Made by a program: the position numbers and the translations under genes. From an uncultured delta proteobacterium (lineage in GTDB: Bacteria > Desulfobacterota > RBG-13-43-22): a DNA stretch of 64,000 nucleotides. The notes under the pieces are model-generated. The model did not search any database, had not been told where the DNA came from, and was given only the letters and a program-made list of their open reading frames with translations. Shown one piece after another: positions 59,573-64,000 of the stretch. The DNA lies in the NCBI GenBank assembly GCA_963802945.1, contig CAWDKY010000016.1, positions 128,001 to 192,000 of the forward strand, in the 5' to 3' direction. Numbering within the stretch: the first letter of the stretch is position 1; each line of letters opens with the position of its first letter.

Positions 59573-60976
59573 ATGATCTTGGCAAAGACAAGTAGATGGA
59601 AAGAAGGGTCTCTGTTAATCCTCCTGGCCCTGGTTTTCATTGCCATTCTGGTGGGGGTCAGCTTGATCGTCCATCGGTTTCCCTGGCGCTGGGATTTGAC
59701 GGAAGGGGGAAAGAACTCCATTTCCGACCAATCGAAAAAAATCGTCAAAAACATCAACCAGGACGTCTGGATCCGGGCCTTTTTTCAGGAAGGAAACACG
59801 GCCAAGAAGAATGCTCAGACCCTCCTTGAGATTTATGCCTACACCAATCCCCGTATTCATTACCAATTCATAGACCCTGACCGGCAGCCTGCCTTGGCTA
59901 AACAATATGGGGTGCGCAACTATGGGGCCTTGACCTTGGAATCTGCCGGGAAGACCCAGAATGTAACGACCGCGGATGAAGAAGGGATCAGCAGCGGTCT
60001 TTTGCGCCTTATACAACAGAAGACTAAAAAAGTGATTTTTCTTGCAGGCCATGGTGAAAAAAGCCTTCAGGATTCTCAAAGGACCGGGTTTTCTTTGGCC
60101 AAAGGACTGCTGGAAAAAGAAAATTACCAGGTGGAGGAGATCAATCTCTTGTCCTGGACCGGCCTTCCGGCCGAGACCCGCTGTCTGGTGATTGCCGGGC
60201 CGAAGAAGCCCCTGTTCCCGGAAGAGATCGAGGACCTGAAAAAATACGTCAAGGCAGGCGGCCGGGTGATCCTGATGCTTGAACCCTACCAAGATGGAGG
60301 GGTTAAAGAATGGCTTGCCTCTCTGGGGGTAACCATTGGTCAGGATATCGTAATTGACAAGATCAGCCGTGTCTTTGGTGGGGATTATTTGATCCCTATG
60401 GCCGGATCTTACGGCCGGCATCCGATAACAGAAAAATTTACTGTGGCCACCTTTTATCCTACGGCCCGATCCTTAACCCTGACCTCCCCTTCCCCAGCAG
60501 GCATCTCTTACGATATTCTGGTTTATTCTTCTCCCCAGAGCTGGGCAGAAACCAACAAAACCAAATTGGAAAAAGGAGAGACGGCCTTTGATGAAAGACA
60601 AGATAAAAAAGGACCGCTGCCCCTGGCTGTTTTAGTAACCCTTGCTTCCCAGGAAGAAAAAGGGGAGACCAAAGAATCCAAAGGACAGGAAACAAAATCT
60701 CCGAAAGGCCAGATCGCCGTTTTCGGCGATTCGGACTTTGCCAGTAACGGCTATTTTAACCTTGCCGGCAACGGCGACCTTTTTATAAATACCGTTAATT
60801 ACCTGACCGAAGAAGAGCATCTGATTTCTATCCGTCCGGACAAAACACCGGTTCGGCCCTTGTCCCTTACAGCCAATCAGGCCCAGATGCTGTTCCTGGT
60901 CCCGATGGTCTTGCTGCCTTTGGCGGTGGTTGCGGCTGGAATACTTGTTTGGCGCTCAAGGAGAAAGGCCCGGTGA
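59573..60976 (+). CDS. GldG-family ABC auxiliary protein
   Basis: RWDLT, FIDPD, GHGE, IAGP, HPIT, GDSDF, N..WL-like NYL, C-terminal TM. Confidence 0.88.
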   Translation: MILAKTSRWKEGSLLILLALVFIAILVGVSLIVHRFPWRWDLTEGGKNSISDQSKKIVKNINQDVWIRAFFQEGNTAKKNAQTLLEIYAYTNPRIHYQFIDPDRQPALAKQYGVRNYGALTLESAGKTQNVTTADEEGISSGLLRLIQQKTKKVIFLAGHGEKSLQDSQRTGFSLAKGLLEKENYQVEEINLLSWTGLPAETRCLVIAGPKKPLFPEEIEDLKKYVKAGGRVILMLEPYQDGGVKEWLASLGVTIGQDIVIDKISRVFGGDYLIPMAGSYGRHPITEKFTVATFYPTARSLTLTSPSPAGISYDILVYSSPQSWAETNKTKLEKGETAFDERQDKKGPLPLAVLVTLASQEEKGETKESKGQETKSPKGQIAVFGDSDFASNGYFNLAGNGDLFINTVNYLTEEEHLISIRPDKTPVRPLSLTANQAQMLFLVPMVLLPLAVVAAGILVWRSRRKAR

Positions 60977-61509
60977 ATTTAAAGAAGCTCTGGATATACC
61001 TCTCCATCCTGGTGGTGGTGGCCGGTCTGTGGGCGGCATCAGAATTTATTTTTCCTAAGAAAACGGAAGAATCGAAATCCCCGTCCCTTTTTTCCAATCT
61101 GCAAGCCGACAAAATTCAGGAAATAGAATGGCAAAGAGGCTCGGAGATTGTTCACCTGAAAAAAAACAAGGATTGGGAGATCATTCGGCCGATATCAGCT
61201 GCGGCCGATGCCCTGGTGGTGGAAAACATACTCCGTACTTTAAGCTCCCTTAAGCCGGAAAGGAGTTTTCCCTCTTCAGAACAGACCTTGAAAGAATTCG
61301 GTCTGGATTCACCTGGTGTAAAACTCCTTTTTTTGAACCAGGGGAAATGGTTTGAAATTCAGGTGGGAAATAAAACAGCGGTCGGCAATGGCTACTATGT
61401 CAGGTCCTCCAATTCAACAGACCTTTTTTTAATCCAGGACTTTCCTGTCCGTGAACTGGATCGGGACCTTTCGGCCCTGAAAGAAAAAAAGGTCAAGGAA
61501 GGTCCTTGA
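60973..61509 (+). CDS. DUF4340 domain protein
   Basis: N-terminal TM, W....P....AD, EFGLD.P, G......YYV. GTGA overlap with gldG. Confidence 0.8.
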   Translation: MNLKKLWIYLSILVVVAGLWAASEFIFPKKTEESKSPSLFSNLQADKIQEIEWQRGSEIVHLKKNKDWEIIRPISAAADALVVENILRTLSSLKPERSFPSSEQTLKEFGLDSPGVKLLFLNQGKWFEIQVGNKTAVGNGYYVRSSNSTDLFLIQDFPVRELDRDLSALKEKKVKEGP

Positions 61510-61880
61510 TGTCCAAGATATTAAGCTGTTTAAAAAAAAGGGATTTGTTGCATAACCCCAATATCAACGCTGATGAACTGGCTCAATACGGATGGGAGTA
61601 TTTAAAGCAGGATCGGCCGGTCGATGCCCTGGATTTTTTTGAAAAGGCCCAGAACCAGGAAGGGATTCGGCGAATCAGGGAATGGAGCCTGGAGCAAGGG
61701 GATCCTTTTCTGTTGCAACAAACCAGTAAAATGCTGAAGGAGCAGGTCCCTGAAGAATCGTGGAGGAAGGTCGGAGAAAAAGCCAAGGCCGCCGGCCGGC
61801 ATCAACAGGCCTTGACGGCTTTTAAGGCCGTTGCCGACGAGGAAAAAATTCAGGAGATCCAGACTTTGATGAAGAGATAA
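61509..61880 (+). CDS. Hypothetical helical (TPR-like) protein
   Basis: Clean ORF in the operon with helical repeat character. Confidence 0.65.
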   Translation: MSKILSCLKKRDLLHNPNINADELAQYGWEYLKQDRPVDALDFFEKAQNQEGIRRIREWSLEQGDPFLLQQTSKMLKEQVPEESWRKVGEKAKAAGRHQQALTAFKAVADEEKIQEIQTLMKR

Positions 61881-61910
61881 GGACCATCTCCAAATTATAT
61901 TGGAAGAACG

Positions 61911-61974
61911 GGGTGGTGGAGTGGTGGACTGGAAAAAACAATACTCCAATACTCCATTACTCCACTACCACAAT
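61911..61974. repeat. Octamer repeats in inverted arrangement (GTGGTGGA / TACTCCA) forming a hairpin
   Basis: gggtggtggagtggtggactgg ... caatactccaatactccattactccactacca. Confidence 0.65.
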
Positions 61975-61991
61975 TAAAAAGCATTAGCTAA

Positions 61992-63125
<1,134 letters not shown>

Positions 63126-63225
63126 GCAACGCCTTTAAAATAAATTCAATTCGGAGAGATTATCCCCACCTATAACTCCTGTTGGACTATTCGAATCTTC
63201 TTGAAAAACAGCCCATCAGACATTG

Positions 63226-63999
63226 CTAATTGACCATGAATTTAGAAAATAAATAATAATTTCTTACCGACGGATCGAACTCAACTTTAATTTTATTCTC
63301 AGAGGTTTTATGTATTAAATTTTCCCCTCTGATAATAGTTTGTTTCTGGTTTAAATCAAACAGAGAATTTCCCAACCAATTTTTACCTTCCTGGATATTG
63401 AGCAGATGAGCAATAGTAGGTGCGATATCGACATGAGAACCAATGGTGTCATTTGTTTTTGGTGACAAATTCTTATGACAGATCAACAAAGGGATACATT
63501 CATCTATAGACGGGTCATTAAAGGCTCTTGATTTATGGTCAGCAAAAAGAATGATTATGGTATGCTCTATTAGACCAGCCCGGTCTAACCAATGAAATAA
63601 TTCCCCGATAGCCTCATCCACTTCATGTATCACCGAGATATAATTTCTTTCCAAGGTATTATAATCGGTGTTTTCAAAATGGAATAAGGATGGTGTTTCG
63701 GGGTGATAATTTCGAAAAGGCCCATGGCTTTGCACCGTGATCAAATAAGCAAAAAATGGTTTGGGCATCTTTTGGATATATTTCACGGATTGTTTAAAAA
63801 ATTCCTTATCCCACGAGTAAAAACCTTTAGCCTTCCCAGAAAAAGAATCTGCTGAATAAAAGTTATCGAAACCGAGTTTTTTAAATCCCGTTTCTCTGGA
63901 AAAAATATTTCCGTAATTGGCATGAAACCCGGCGGTTGAATAGCCGTGCCGTTTAAGGACATGGGCCAGGGATTCTACCTTACCGGGTACAATCGTTTG
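63226..63999 (-). CDS. LTA-synthase-like sulfatase/phosphoglycerol transferase; 5' truncated by window edge
   Basis: Frame open to the window end (SLAHVLKRHGYST..FHAN...LGFD). TVQSHGPF, ADH, HVDIAPT. Confidence 0.82.
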   Translation of the reverse strand, partial: QTIVPGKVESLAHVLKRHGYSTAGFHANYGNIFSRETGFKKLGFDNFYSADSFSGKAKGFYSWDKEFFKQSVKYIQKMPKPFFAYLITVQSHGPFRNYHPETPSLFHFENTDYNTLERNYISVIHEVDEAIGELFHWLDRAGLIEHTIIILFADHKSRAFNDPSIDECIPLLICHKNLSPKTNDTIGSHVDIAPTIAHLLNIQEGKNWLGNSLFDLNQKQTIIRGENLIHKTSENKIKVEFDPSVRNYYLFSKFMVN

Positions 64000-64000
64000 A

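Noticed and set aside
57465-61509. Gliding motility suggested by GldA/F/G-like genes
   Set aside because: This ABC module with DUF4340 is common in non-gliding bacteria, and no other gld/T9SS genes are present

Overview
Bacterial DNA. Gene content and intergenic repeat types suggest a Desulfobacterota/deltaproteobacterial diderm (inference). The window has three parts. (1) 1-2.6 kb: the 3' part of a PAS hybrid histidine kinase, a TlpA and a PH-domain membrane protein. (2) 2.7-44 kb: an unusual cell-surface glycosylation island. It has about 8 GT-C-fold (ArnT/PMT-like) membrane glycosyltransferases, many fused to discoidin (F5/8 type C), PA14 or CBM-like domains. It also has DPM1-like GT2 enzymes, a nucleotidyltransferase-GT2 fusion, a UPF0104/LPG-synthase-type flippase candidate, a GH99-like endomannosidase lipoprotein, methyl-, acyl-, SGNH- and radical-SAM tailoring enzymes and an OmpW-like barrel. 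I recognised no GT4, Wzx, Wzy or Wzm/Wzt gene. The island is being remodelled: a TM-PA14-TM cassette occurs four times on three different catalytic domains, and there is a segmental duplication with an internal deletion, several pseudogenes (GT-C, GT2, carbamoyltransferase-SxtJ-DUF5989 triad, IS200 tnpA) and palindromic repeats in frame inside genes. (3) 45.9-64 kb: core-type genes (mobB, ddl, a 9-PAS HD-GYP, archease, rtcB, phoU, DUF2889, a GldAFG-like ABC module, dnaJ, a partial LTA-synthase-like sulfatase) interspersed with MITE/REP-like elements, one of them nested. No rRNA, tRNA or CRISPR array was seen. All family calls come from motif recognition by eye, not database searches.
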